From Sandaracinaceae bacterium (GTDB lineage: Bacteria > Myxococcota_A > Polyangia > Polyangiales > Sandaracinaceae): a stretch of 36,653 nucleotides of DNA. Made by a program: the position numbers and the translations under genes. The stretch lies in the NCBI GenBank assembly GCA_044220955.1, contig JBGAQA010000070.1, positions 1-36,653 on the forward strand, given 5' to 3'. This document shows positions 8,733 through 18,359 of this stretch, in pieces. The notes under the pieces were generated by a model. It was given only the letters and a program-made list of their open reading frames with translations. It did not search any database and had not been told where the DNA came from. Position 1 is the stretch's first letter; the number at the start of each line of letters is the position of its first letter.

Positions 8733-9931
8733 GGGAGGTGACTCGCGTGGAACGTGGCCCTCGCGTCGACGACGTGCGTGCCGTCGACGATGCCGTTCGC
8801 CGTGGGATCGGTGTCGCCCAGGAGGGTCACCCGCGCGAAGCTCAGGATGTAGGCGTTGGCCATGTGCGCGACGTCGGCGTCGGGCGCGCCGCTCGCGCAG
8901 AGCCCGGTGACCGCGAAGCTGTTGTGGCAGGCGCCCTCGATGGACACCCAGCGCAGGTCGACCGGCGGGGACATCCGATCCTGCTCCGCCTGTCCGTCGA
9001 CCCCGTCCATCGTGCCGGTGAGCAGCATCAGCGGGACGTGGACGCTCTCGTGGCCGTGCGCGCCGAACCAGTCCTGGCCGAGGTTGCCCGCGATCGGCGC
9101 CGCCGCGACCACGCGCGGATCGGCCACGCCCCCCGCGAACACCGCCAGCTCGGCGTCGGTCCAGGCGCTCGCCGGGGTGAACGAGCTCATGATCGACGGC
9201 ACGTCGAACGTCGCGCCCGTCGTCGCCCACACCGTGTGCACGCCGAAGCTGTGCCCCGTCATGAAGACGCGGTCGGTGTGGACCAGACCGTGGAGCGGGT
9301 CGCTCGCCGGCAGATCCCGCACGAGATCGATCGCCTGGCTGACGTCGAGCGAGCGCTCGTAGTAGTGCGCGATCGGACGTGGGTCGTCGAACGCGGTGAG
9401 CAGCGAGCCGGTGTGCTCCGGGGCGACGACGACCCAGCCGTGCGAGACGAAGTTGTCGAGGATGGGCCAGCTCGAGCCGCCGAAGGCCTGCCAGCCGTGG
9501 GAGTGCACCTCGAGAGGGAACTGGTGATCGGGCCACGGAGAGGCGGCGAGCGGAGCGTCCGTGAACGCGTCCATGTCGACGTAGATGCCGGAGTAGCGCG
9601 GGTGCGTGCCCGCGCTCGCGAGCGTCGGGTACCAGACGTGGAGCGCGCTGTGGCGCATCTCGGTCTGCCCCTCCGGCAGGTAGTCGAACGGAAAGCTCCG
9701 GTAGCCCACGTGGAAGGGGCCGCGCGCGTCGACGGCCCAGCTCAGCGGGTCGCCGGCGGGGTAGGGGATCGACGAGTCGACGTCGGCGTCGGTGCCGGCG
9801 TCGCGCATGCGGGGCGCATCGCTGCCGCCGTCCTCGGGCGGGGTCGTGCTCGCGTCGGGTGCCGCGCTCGAGGTCGAACAGCCGAGGAGCACGGAGGCAG
9901 CCAGTGCGAGCGAACGTCGGAAGGCAAGCAC
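8729..9931 (-). CDS. Alpha/beta-fold hydrolase lipoprotein (PAF-acetylhydrolase/dienelactone-hydrolase-like)
   Basis: HVWYP, FPL.V.SHG, HGWVVVAPEHTG, nucleophile elbow GHSFG, GT.DG.., ACHNSF. GTG 9931 gives signal MLAFRRSLALAASVLLGC; the ORF track extends to TTG 9952. Confidence 0.85.
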   Translation of the reverse strand: MLAFRRSLALAASVLLGCSTSSAAPDASTTPPEDGGSDAPRMRDAGTDADVDSSIPYPAGDPLSWAVDARGPFHVGYRSFPFDYLPEGQTEMRHSALHVWYPTLASAGTHPRYSGIYVDMDAFTDAPLAASPWPDHQFPLEVHSHGWQAFGGSSWPILDNFVSHGWVVVAPEHTGSLLTAFDDPRPIAHYYERSLDVSQAIDLVRDLPASDPLHGLVHTDRVFMTGHSFGVHTVWATTGATFDVPSIMSSFTPASAWTDAELAVFAGGVADPRVVAAAPIAGNLGQDWFGAHGHESVHVPLMLLTGTMDGVDGQAEQDRMSPPVDLRWVSIEGACHNSFAVTGLCASGAPDADVAHMANAYILSFARVTLLGDTDPTANGIVDGTHVVDARATFHASHLP

Positions 9932-9939
9932 GAGGAGCC

Positions 9940-9968
9940 ATTGCACGCGCAACCATTCGCGATGTCAA
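9940..9968 (-). promoter_or_regulatory. Candidate sigma70-type promoter for the hydrolase-DUF1592-DUF1552 unit
   Basis: Minus strand TTGACA (9968-9963), 17 nt, then TGCAAT (9945-9940), just downstream of a terminator. The -10 is imperfect. Confidence 0.45.
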
Positions 9969-9997
9969 CGGCCACGATGGGCCGAGCGGCCTCCGGC

Positions 9998-10030
9998 GAA
10001 ACGAAGAGGCCCACCGGTGGGTGGGCCTCT
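9998..10030 (-). terminator. Rho-independent terminator after the DUF4340 gene
   Basis: 11-bp perfect stem agaggcccacc / ggtgggcctct with a 4-nt loop, followed on the minus strand by TCGTTTC. Confidence 0.7.
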
Positions 10031-10062
10031 GTCGTCACGCGCTGCGGTGGGCTGGCGCCGGG

Positions 10063-11289
10063 CTAGGGGCCGCCGCCGCCCATGCCGCGGGCCTGCATCT
10101 GCTCCTGGATCTGGCGCATGAGGTCGGGCGGGATCTGGTCGGCGCCGATCGGAGCCGGGCCGTCCTCGGTGGGCTCCGGCGCCGCGGCGGCCGCGGTCTG
10201 CTCGAACGCGCTCGCCTGCGGGCTGACCTTCTCCATGAGGAAGCGGGAGATGACGAAGATCGTCGGATCCTCGTCGCGCATCGCGTAGAAGTTGCCGCTC
10301 GACGCCTCGCTGCCGACGACGACGGTGTGGCGCTCGGCGCTCTCGCCCGAGCCGATCGTCAGGGTCACTCGCGCGGACGCGTCCGAGATGCCCGCCCCGG
10401 CGCGATCCACGTCCGCGGCGGCGAAGTCGGCCGCGCGCATGTGGGCGAGGCTCGAGACGACGGAGGTGACGCGCGACGCCGCGAAGTTCGCCAGCGTGGT
10501 CGACGGGGCCGCCGGTGCGACGGCCACGCCCGCGTCGCCCTCGGGCGGCGGCGGGACGTAGCTGACCTCCGTCGGCGCCCAGTCGCCCAGCGTGGTCGCG
10601 GGCGCGCTCGGGGCCTCGTCCTCGCCCTCGGCCGGGGGCGTCGGCTCTCCGGCGACCTCGGGTCGCGCGAAGCGGAACGTCCCGTTCGGACCCACCCACT
10701 CGGCGACGCGGACCTCGCCGGCCTCGAGGTCGAGCATCGAGCGATTGCGCCAGTCCTTGAGGTCGCGCGCGAAGGCGAAGCGGATCGAGCCGCGCACGGT
10801 GACGACCGTGTCCTGTCCGGACTGCCGCACCATCGTCGAGCCGCCGCGGAAGGCGCCGACCATCATGTTCAGCAGCACGCCGCTCGCGCCGTGGACGATC
10901 ACGTGCACGCCGTGCTCGTCGTCGACCTCGAGCTCGGCGTGGTGCTCGGGGTGCGTGGCCGCCGTGCCGACCACCGCGAGGTGGACCAGCTTGTCGATCG
11001 TGGTGTCGACCGCGCTCGCGTCGGCCGGAGCGTCCACCGGCTCCGTCACGCGCCAGGCGCCGTCGTGGAGCTCGAGGCGGACGTGCTCGGGCTCGCCCTC
11101 GCCGCTCGGCGGCGGGCGGGTGAACTCGAGCGCGGTGATGTCGTCGCGCTCGATCGTCGGCAGCGTCGGGCGCTCTCCCTCGGAGCTGTCCGTGTTGCCC
11201 GTGCGCGAGCGGACCAGGTAGACGGCCAGCCCTCCGAGCACGAGGAGCGCGGCCGCGGCGATGAACAGTCGATTCTTCTGCCAGTCCAT
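10063..11289 (-). CDS. DUF4340-domain protein (membrane-anchored partner of Gld-type ABC systems)
   Basis: N-terminal TM (LFIAAAALLVLGGLAVYLV). Motifs W.VTEPVDAPAD.S.VD..I..L..L and DWRNRSMLDL. Follows the gldG-like gene. Confidence 0.8.
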   Translation of the reverse strand: MDWQKNRLFIAAAALLVLGGLAVYLVRSRTGNTDSSEGERPTLPTIERDDITALEFTRPPPSGEGEPEHVRLELHDGAWRVTEPVDAPADASAVDTTIDKLVHLAVVGTAATHPEHHAELEVDDEHGVHVIVHGASGVLLNMMVGAFRGGSTMVRQSGQDTVVTVRGSIRFAFARDLKDWRNRSMLDLEAGEVRVAEWVGPNGTFRFARPEVAGEPTPPAEGEDEAPSAPATTLGDWAPTEVSYVPPPPEGDAGVAVAPAAPSTTLANFAASRVTSVVSSLAHMRAADFAAADVDRAGAGISDASARVTLTIGSGESAERHTVVVGSEASSGNFYAMRDEDPTIFVISRFLMEKVSPQASAFEQTAAAAAPEPTEDGPAPIGADQIPPDLMRQIQEQMQARGMGGGGP

Positions 11290-11309
11290 ATCAGCGTGAT
11301 CCCCGAGGC

Positions 11310-13097
11310 TCAGACCTTGAGCGAAGCGGTCTTGTTCGCCCGCATGCGCCAGCGCACCAGACCGAAGATGGCGAACGCGAGCGGCACCAGGAGCGTGTTG
11401 CCCCAGCGGTAGAGCGCCTTGCGCGACTCCCACTCCTCGAGGGCGGCCGTCCGGCGCTCGAGGGCGGCTTGAACGCCCTCCTCGTCCTGATCCTGGGCCT
11501 CGTGGAGCACCTCTTCGGTGGCCGTCTGCACCGACTGGGGCACGTCGAGCGCAGGCTCCTCGATCGACTTGGCGCGGATCGCGATGAGCCCGTCGTCCTG
11601 GGCGAGCCAGTCGACCGAGTTCAGCGCGAACGCCATCGCGCCCGCGAGGTCGGCGTCGGAGAGCTGTCCCTCCTGCGGGAGGAACTCGTCGCGGATGACC
11701 GTCGAGGTGCCGACGACCAGGACGTGCGCGGGGCCGTCCGAGTGCGTCCCCTCGGCGTACGCGCTCGGCAGCTCACCCTCGAGCGCGACGGCGAGGGCGA
11801 AGGGGCCGCTCTCGCCGCCCATCGTCTCGCGCCACTCGCCCGGCTCGCGGATGCGCAGCGACACGCTCGAGCCCTCGAGCAGCCAGCTGTGGTCGTCGCC
11901 CGAGCTGCGCATGAGCACGGTCCCGTGCAGGTTGCGGAACACGTCGCTCGTCTCGATCGCCGACACGAAGAACATCGGCGTCGACTGCAGGCGGAAGAGG
12001 GTGGGGTGATCGCGCTGCGCGTCGTCGAAGGTGACGATCGGCGCGGGCGGGTAGGCGACCGGGATCTGGATGCCGTAGGGCCCACGCATCGGCACCCGGC
12101 CGCACTGCGCGTCGGCGACGATGTTCTCGCCGAGCGTGATGCCCCAGTGCCCGAGCAGGTCGTTGAGGCCCGAGCTCGTCGCCTGGGCCGTGAGGTCCGG
12201 TCCGCCCTGCAGGTCGACCTGCATCGAGCCGCCGAACACGCCGAGGCCGCCGCCGTGCATGACGAACGTGTCGATGTTGCGCAGCTCCGCTTCCGGGATG
12301 GCCGTGTGCGGGTCGACGATGATGAGCGCCGCGAGATCCTCGTCGATGGCCGACGACGCGTCGACCTCCGTGATGTGGTACGTCGGCAGCATCCGCTGCC
12401 ACGTGGCGAGGCCCTTGGTGAGCTGCGGGCCCTCGTGGCCGCCGAGCACGCCGATGTTGACGTCGTCCCCGGTCAGCTGCCGGATCGCCATCGTGATCGA
12501 GTACTCGAGGCCCTCGGTGTCCGGCTGGATCACCGGGATCGCCTGACGGTTGCCGAGGTACTCGAACACCAGGCCGCGGTAGCCCTCGACGACGCTGACG
12601 GCGTCGTTCTCGATGTGCTGGTGCTGCACCATCTGGACGCCCGCCTCGTTGGCCTCGCGTCGCTCGTCGTCCGACTCCGGCGAGATGAAGCGGACGATCA
12701 CGTGCCCACGGGAGGCGACCTGGTACTCGGAGAGGATGTCCCGCACCGAGCGCTCGGTCGCGTTGAAGGGCGCCGGCAGGTCGGCGGTGAAGTACGCCGT
12801 GATCGTGAGATCCTCCGAGAGCCCGTGCGGGTTGTCGTCGCTCCGGGGGCTGACCGCGCGGATCGAGCCATCGGAGAGCGAGTAGGCCTGGTTGCTCGTC
12901 CCGTCGACGCGGAAGAAGAGGAAGACGCCGACGACGTTGAGGGCGATGAGCGTCCCGGCGATGATCGCGAGGAACCCCAGGGACTCGGCGCGCTGGCGGG
13001 CGGCGGCGTTCGTCACGGGAGCGGCGGGGCGCCCGGCGGAGACCGGAGCGCGCTTGTCGCTCGAGCTCTTGCGGGAGGTGTCGTTGTTCTTGGGCAT
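11310..13097 (-). CDS. GldG-family / ABC transporter auxiliary (GIFT-domain) protein
   Basis: N-terminal TM, R.D.T.NQAYSLS..S, L.I.AYFT.DLP, VRDIL.EY, LEY.IT.AI, IG.L.GH.., ID.FVM.GG, FALN.VDWL..D.GLI.IR, C-terminal TM followed by RWRMR. Confidence 0.88.
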   Translation of the reverse strand: MPKNNDTSRKSSSDKRAPVSAGRPAAPVTNAAARQRAESLGFLAIIAGTLIALNVVGVFLFFRVDGTSNQAYSLSDGSIRAVSPRSDDNPHGLSEDLTITAYFTADLPAPFNATERSVRDILSEYQVASRGHVIVRFISPESDDERREANEAGVQMVQHQHIENDAVSVVEGYRGLVFEYLGNRQAIPVIQPDTEGLEYSITMAIRQLTGDDVNIGVLGGHEGPQLTKGLATWQRMLPTYHITEVDASSAIDEDLAALIIVDPHTAIPEAELRNIDTFVMHGGGLGVFGGSMQVDLQGGPDLTAQATSSGLNDLLGHWGITLGENIVADAQCGRVPMRGPYGIQIPVAYPPAPIVTFDDAQRDHPTLFRLQSTPMFFVSAIETSDVFRNLHGTVLMRSSGDDHSWLLEGSSVSLRIREPGEWRETMGGESGPFALAVALEGELPSAYAEGTHSDGPAHVLVVGTSTVIRDEFLPQEGQLSDADLAGAMAFALNSVDWLAQDDGLIAIRAKSIEEPALDVPQSVQTATEEVLHEAQDQDEEGVQAALERRTAALEEWESRKALYRWGNTLLVPLAFAIFGLVRWRMRANKTASLKV

Positions 13098-13104
13098 GGT
13101 CGGC

Positions 13105-13833
13105 TCAGCTCCAGCGACGGCTCTCGAGCGCGCGGAACGCGAGCATGAGTGCGAAGGTTGCGACCGAGAGGAAGTAGACGACGTCGCGCGTGTCGACGAC
13201 GCCGCGGGTCATCCCCTCGATGTGGTGATCGAACGAGAGCCACTCCGCGACGGTCGTCGTCGCGCCGGTGGGCATGAAGGGCAGGAACCACCCGATGAGG
13301 AAGGCCAGGCCGAAGCAGATCGCCGCGCTCACGAAGAACGCGATGAGCTGGTTCTCCGTGAAGCTCGACGCCGCGATCCCGATCGCGAGCAGGGCCGCGC
13401 CCTCGAGGAAGATGCCGAGGTAGCCGGTGAAGACCGGGCCCCAGTCCAGGTTGCCGAGCTGCGCGACGCTGAGCGGGTAGAACATCGTCGTCGCGAGCAG
13501 CACGACCAGGAGGCCGAGCGCCGCGAAGTACTTGCCGAGGATCACCTCGGCCTCGCGCACCGGCATCGCGAGCAGCAGCTCGAGCGTGCCGCTGCGCCGC
13601 TCCTCGGCGATGAGGCCCATGCTCATCGCCGGCGTGGCGAATGCGAGCAGCGGCCCGAGGAAGCTGAACATCTGTCGCACCGAGGCGTGGCCCATCAGGA
13701 AGAACGGCTCCCAGAAGAGCGGTCCCAGGATGAGCAGCACCAGGCACACCACGATGTAGGCGACGGGGCTGTTGAAGTAGCCCCGGAACTGGCGTGACGC
13801 GATCGTCAGGGTGTTTTGGAAGTTCGTCGGCAT
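13105..13833 (-). CDS. ABC-2 permease, GldF-like
   Basis: TIA.RQFRGYFNSPVAYIV, PA.SM.LIAEERRSGTLELLL.MPV...EVILGKY, SSFTENQLIAF, GVVDTRDVVYFLS. Confidence 0.92.
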   Translation of the reverse strand: MPTNFQNTLTIASRQFRGYFNSPVAYIVVCLVLLILGPLFWEPFFLMGHASVRQMFSFLGPLLAFATPAMSMGLIAEERRSGTLELLLAMPVREAEVILGKYFAALGLLVVLLATTMFYPLSVAQLGNLDWGPVFTGYLGIFLEGAALLAIGIAASSFTENQLIAFFVSAAICFGLAFLIGWFLPFMPTGATTTVAEWLSFDHHIEGMTRGVVDTRDVVYFLSVATFALMLAFRALESRRWS

Positions 13834-13837
13834 CGGA

Positions 13838-14860
<1,023 letters not shown>

Positions 14861-14994
14861 GAGATCCTCGCCAAGATTCGCGTTCTCTCGCGTGACGTCG
14901 CCGCGCCCCGAACGGATGCGGCACCGAACACGCGGTGGGCCATGAAAGTGCCCACGTGCTCGCGGGAAAGCTCACAGGCCGCGAGCGGGCGCGG

Positions 14995-15022
14995 ACAATA
15001 ATCGCCGCGCGCGAAAAGGCAA
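14995..15022 (-). promoter_or_regulatory. Candidate sigma70-type promoter of the Gld-like ABC operon
   Basis: Minus strand TTGCCT (15022-15017), 16 nt, then TATTGT (15000-14995), right after the upstream terminator. Confidence 0.4.
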
Positions 15023-15034
15023 GCGCGCAGGACG

Positions 15035-15070
15035 GAAACGAAGAGGGCCCGTGCCTCGGCACGAGCCCTC
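15035..15070 (-). terminator. Rho-independent terminator after the small Cys-rich lipoprotein
   Basis: Stem gagggcccgtgcc / ggcacgagccctc (one non-Watson-Crick pair, G-U on the minus strand), followed on the minus strand by TTCGTTTC. Confidence 0.7.
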
Positions 15071-15108
15071 GTCGCATCGGGCACCCGGGCGCGGGGCGCG
15101 CCCTCGGG

Positions 15109-15528
15109 TCAGTAGCTCATGCCGCCGGTGTCCGTGCCCGCGGCCGGGCACATCGCCGTGTGCGAGACGAAGCAGCGGCTGGTGCTGGTGTCGCAGCAGC
15201 GGATGCCGCCGCCCGGGACCGCGCCGCACGCCGAGGTGCACTGGGAGTCGCTGCCACACGCGATCGAGCACGTGCCGGAGTCCGTGCGCGGCGGCCCCAT
15301 GTCGCGGGGAGCCGGTCCCATGTCGCGCGGTGGCGGGGGTCCCATGTCGGGTGTACCGCCGCCCGTGTCGGGGCGCCCACCGCCGCTGTCCGGGATCATC
15401 ACCATCCCCATGTCCGTGCGGCTCGGCCCGGTGTCGGTCGGGTGCGTGGTGCGGCCGGAGCTGCAGCCCATGCTCGCGACACAGAGCAGAAGCGAAGCGG
15501 TGACGACCGAAATGCTGGCAAGCTTCAT
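15109..15528 (-). CDS. Small Cys-rich lipoprotein with Pro/DxG linker
   Basis: Signal MKLASISVVTASLLLCVASMGC. Linker of DTG/DMG/DSG units. C-terminal 8-Cys domain C.IAC..D.QC..AC...CC....C....C. Confidence 0.8.
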   Translation of the reverse strand: MKLASISVVTASLLLCVASMGCSSGRTTHPTDTGPSRTDMGMVMIPDSGGGRPDTGGGTPDMGPPPPRDMGPAPRDMGPPRTDSGTCSIACGSDSQCTSACGAVPGGGIRCCDTSTSRCFVSHTAMCPAAGTDTGGMSY

Positions 15529-15587
15529 GGCGGTGTGGTGAGAATAACGGAGAATCGCGAGGGCGATCAATCCCGGGATCGATTGAT

Positions 15588-17459
15588 GTGAGCCACCTCA
15601 GAGATTCCAGCGACGAGGGTCCCGAGCCGATCGGCCAGGGCGAGGGCGCGGCGGCCGACGAGGAGCCTGGAAAGCAGCAGGATCCTGCCGATCCGACGCC
15701 CGCGGCTCGCGACGAGCTGCCCGCGCTGGACACACGTCTCCCACATTTCGCTACCCGCACGTGGCTGTCGATCGTCGTCGGACTCGGCGCGCTGATCCAC
15801 CTCGGAGCGCTGCGGACCGGCTTCCTGCTCGACGACTTCATCCACGAGTCGATGCTGCGCGGCACGTTCCCGGCGGCACGCCATCCGCTCGATCTCTACA
15901 ACTTCGTCGACGACTCGGACCGCGCCGAGATGATGGAGCGCGGGATCTTGCCGTGGTGGACGCATCCGGAGCTCACGATCCGCTTCTTCCGGCCGCTCTC
16001 GAGCGCGCTCATCTGGCTCGACCACCGGCTGCTCGGGCAGAGCGCGCTGCTCATGCACCTGCACTCGCTCGCGTGGTGGGTGGCGATGGTGCTCGCGGCC
16101 TTCGCGCTCTACCGGGCGTTCCTCGGCGAGCGCGTCGCGCGCATCGCCGTGCTGGTGTTCGCGCTCGCGCCCGCGCACTCGATGCCCATCGCCTGGCTCG
16201 CGAACCGCGACGCCCTGATCTCGCTCGCGCTCGGCATCCCGGCCCTGCTCGTCTACACGCGCGCGAGAGAGTCGCGCTCGACGCGCGACGTGCTCCTCTC
16301 GTTCGCGCTCTTCTCGCTCGCCTTCCTCGGGGGCGAGTACACGCTCTCGTTCGTCGCCTACGTCCTCACCTTCGAGATCGTGCGCGCGCGCGACTCGCTC
16401 GGCCGCCGCATCGTGGGCATCTTGCCCTTCGCCGTTCCGTGCGCGGTGTACATGGCGGTGCGCACGTCGCTGCACTACGGGACGATCGGCTCTGGCTACT
16501 ACAACGACCCGTTCCGCGCGCCCGGGCTCTTCCTCTTCTTCGCGCCGCACCGGCTCGCGACGCTGGTGCTCGAGGCCTGGCTCTCGCTCGACAACGAGAC
16601 CGTGTCCTGGTCGTACCCGTGGTGGCTGGTGGTCGGGGCAGGCGTGCTCGTTCTGGTGCTCGTGGTGCAGGTCGCGCGTCACGTCCTGCGGGAGAGCGAC
16701 CCCGGCCCGCGGCGCGCCGCGGCGTGGCTCGGAGTCGGCAGCCTCGTCGCGATGATCCCCGTGCTGGCGGTCGTCCCCAACCAGCGCGTGCTGGGCGCGG
16801 CGATGCTCGGCGTCGCGCCGCTCGTCGCCCTCGTGCTCGACGGCGCGTGGTTTCCGCGCGCGCTGCCCCCGCGTCGGGGCATCGCCGAGCTCGCGCAGAT
16901 GTGCGCGCTCGGCCTCGGCTTCGCGCACCTGATCCACGGTCCCGTCACCGGGGCGATCCTCGACGATCACTACCGCGAGTCGTCGGAGCAGTTCGAGCGG
17001 CAGATGGTCTCGCTGCGCCAGCTCGGCGGCGCGGCGCTCACCGATCCTCTCATCGTGCGCGCGTCGGGTGGGGCGTTCTTCGCTCCCTTCGGGATGTTCG
17101 AGGACCGGACGCTGCCGCGGCGCTTCGCGGTGCTGGCGTGGGCCACGCACGTGCTCGTCGTGCGCACGGGCGAGCGCTCGTTCGACATCTTCGCGTCGCC
17201 CGAGACCGGCGTGTTTCCCTTCGGCGAGGGGAACCTCTACCTCGACACCGCGTGGGCGCTCGAGGTCGGACAGGTGTTCCCGGGCGCCGGGTACACGGTC
17301 ACCATCGCCGAGATGCAGGACGGGCGGACCACGGGCATCCACGTCGATCTCGACGAGGACTACGCGTCGCGCGCGTTCCTGAACGAGACGGAGAAGGCCT
17401 TCTACCAGGCCGACCTCCCGCCGGAGGGCGCGGGCCGGCCCTACGAATCGACGCACTGA
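15588..17459 (+). CDS. Polytopic membrane protein, GT-C fold glycosyltransferase-like (TMTC/PMT-related, no TPR)
   Basis: DD pair after the first TM (GFLLDDF), FFRPLSS...W.D, H..SL, FALAPAHS.PIAWLANR, and about ten or more hydrophobic segments. These match TMTC-type YRPL and HP.H.E.V.W..GR motifs. Confidence 0.6.
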   Translation: MSHLRDSSDEGPEPIGQGEGAAADEEPGKQQDPADPTPAARDELPALDTRLPHFATRTWLSIVVGLGALIHLGALRTGFLLDDFIHESMLRGTFPAARHPLDLYNFVDDSDRAEMMERGILPWWTHPELTIRFFRPLSSALIWLDHRLLGQSALLMHLHSLAWWVAMVLAAFALYRAFLGERVARIAVLVFALAPAHSMPIAWLANRDALISLALGIPALLVYTRARESRSTRDVLLSFALFSLAFLGGEYTLSFVAYVLTFEIVRARDSLGRRIVGILPFAVPCAVYMAVRTSLHYGTIGSGYYNDPFRAPGLFLFFAPHRLATLVLEAWLSLDNETVSWSYPWWLVVGAGVLVLVLVVQVARHVLRESDPGPRRAAAWLGVGSLVAMIPVLAVVPNQRVLGAAMLGVAPLVALVLDGAWFPRALPPRRGIAELAQMCALGLGFAHLIHGPVTGAILDDHYRESSEQFERQMVSLRQLGGAALTDPLIVRASGGAFFAPFGMFEDRTLPRRFAVLAWATHVLVVRTGERSFDIFASPETGVFPFGEGNLYLDTAWALEVGQVFPGAGYTVTIAEMQDGRTTGIHVDLDEDYASRAFLNETEKAFYQADLPPEGAGRPYESTH

Positions 17460-17511
17460 TCGTCGAGCTCTGCGCTGGCCACGCCGCGGCGCCGTTCTCG
17501 GGGAGGCGTCT

Positions 17512-18267
17512 TCAGTCGTCGGAGCGGCGCGAGAGGATGAGGTCGAGCAGGGGCTCGATGCCTTCCGTGCGGCCGAGCGTGACCGCGGCCGCACCGGCGC
17601 GCTCGAGCGACGCCGCGAGCGCCGTGCCGCCATCGGTGTCCGACGCCCAGACGATCGTGGTCGCGCCGTTCGGGAGCCTCCGCAGCGCGCTCGCGAGACC
17701 GCTCGCCTCGACCCTGGTCGGGGCCGCGCCGTCGAGCACGACCACCAGCGCCGAGTACGCGAAGACCGCCTTCGAGAGCGCGGCCTCGTCTGCCACGGCG
17801 ATCGTCTTGACGCGATCCTCGCCGAGGCAGACGACGAGCCGGTCGGCGAACTCGCTCCGCGCCGAGAGCACCACGACGGGCACCGGGCGCTTCACGACCG
17901 TCATCTGGGTGGTCGCGGTGCCGTCCTGGCGATCCGCGTCGTCCCCACCCAGCTCGACGTCCACGTCGAGGTCCATCTCCGCCTCGTCGTGGCGCGGCGG
18001 ACGCATCGACTTCGGATGGAGCGCGCGCGTGAACAGCTCGCCCACGCGCGCGCGGATCTGCGAGGCGTCGTCGTCCCGCATGCGCTTGCGGACGGCCTCG
18101 TCGAGCGGCCCCTGCGCGAACGCCTTCATCTCCTCCAGCGACGTGGGCGGTGGGCGGCCCGACGCCTCGAGCGCCTCGAAGAGCAGCGTCGTCGCCACCG
18201 TGGGGGAGACGACCCCCTCGAGCGCTTCGCGGACCATCACCAGCTCTGCGCGGCCCATCCCGACCAT
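17512..18267 (-). CDS. Hypothetical protein with C-terminal receiver-like (pseudo-REC) domain
   Basis: Codon-typical ORF with helical N-terminus and acidic linker, then an alternating beta/alpha pattern (PVVVLS, KTIAVAD, VVVLDG, TTIVW, ERAGA). Confidence 0.6.
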   Translation of the reverse strand: MVGMGRAELVMVREALEGVVSPTVATTLLFEALEASGRPPPTSLEEMKAFAQGPLDEAVRKRMRDDDASQIRARVGELFTRALHPKSMRPPRHDEAEMDLDVDVELGGDDADRQDGTATTQMTVVKRPVPVVVLSARSEFADRLVVCLGEDRVKTIAVADEAALSKAVFAYSALVVVLDGAAPTRVEASGLASALRRLPNGATTIVWASDTDGGTALAASLERAGAAAVTLGRTEGIEPLLDLILSRRSDD

Positions 18268-18318
18268 GATGCCAGAGGCGCGGCCCCGGAGATCGCGGAT
18301 CGTGACCGAGCCATGACG

Positions 18319-18359
18319 CGCGGACCGAACGGTGACGCCCCGCGGACCGAACGGTGACG
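18319..18359. promoter_or_regulatory. Two 19-bp direct repeats, each containing the dyad ACCG-AA-CGGT; candidate operators
   Basis: cgcggaccgaacggtgacg at 18319-18337 and 18341-18359 in the divergent intergenic region upstream of the desaturase. Confidence 0.55.

Noticed and set aside
5737..9968. Long N-terminal extensions on ORF-track entries (879, 954 and 766 aa) suggesting fusions or frameshifts
   Set aside because: The extensions are off-frame reads of the upstream gene. Internal starts with signal peptides and ATGA coupling explain the genes without frameshifts.
15566..15587. FNR box
   Set aside because: Half-sites are in the opposite order and spacing to TTGAT-N4-ATCAA.
18319..18359. 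Mini-CRISPR or insertion target-site duplication
   Set aside because: Only two copies separated by 3 nt, with no transposase or cas gene nearby.
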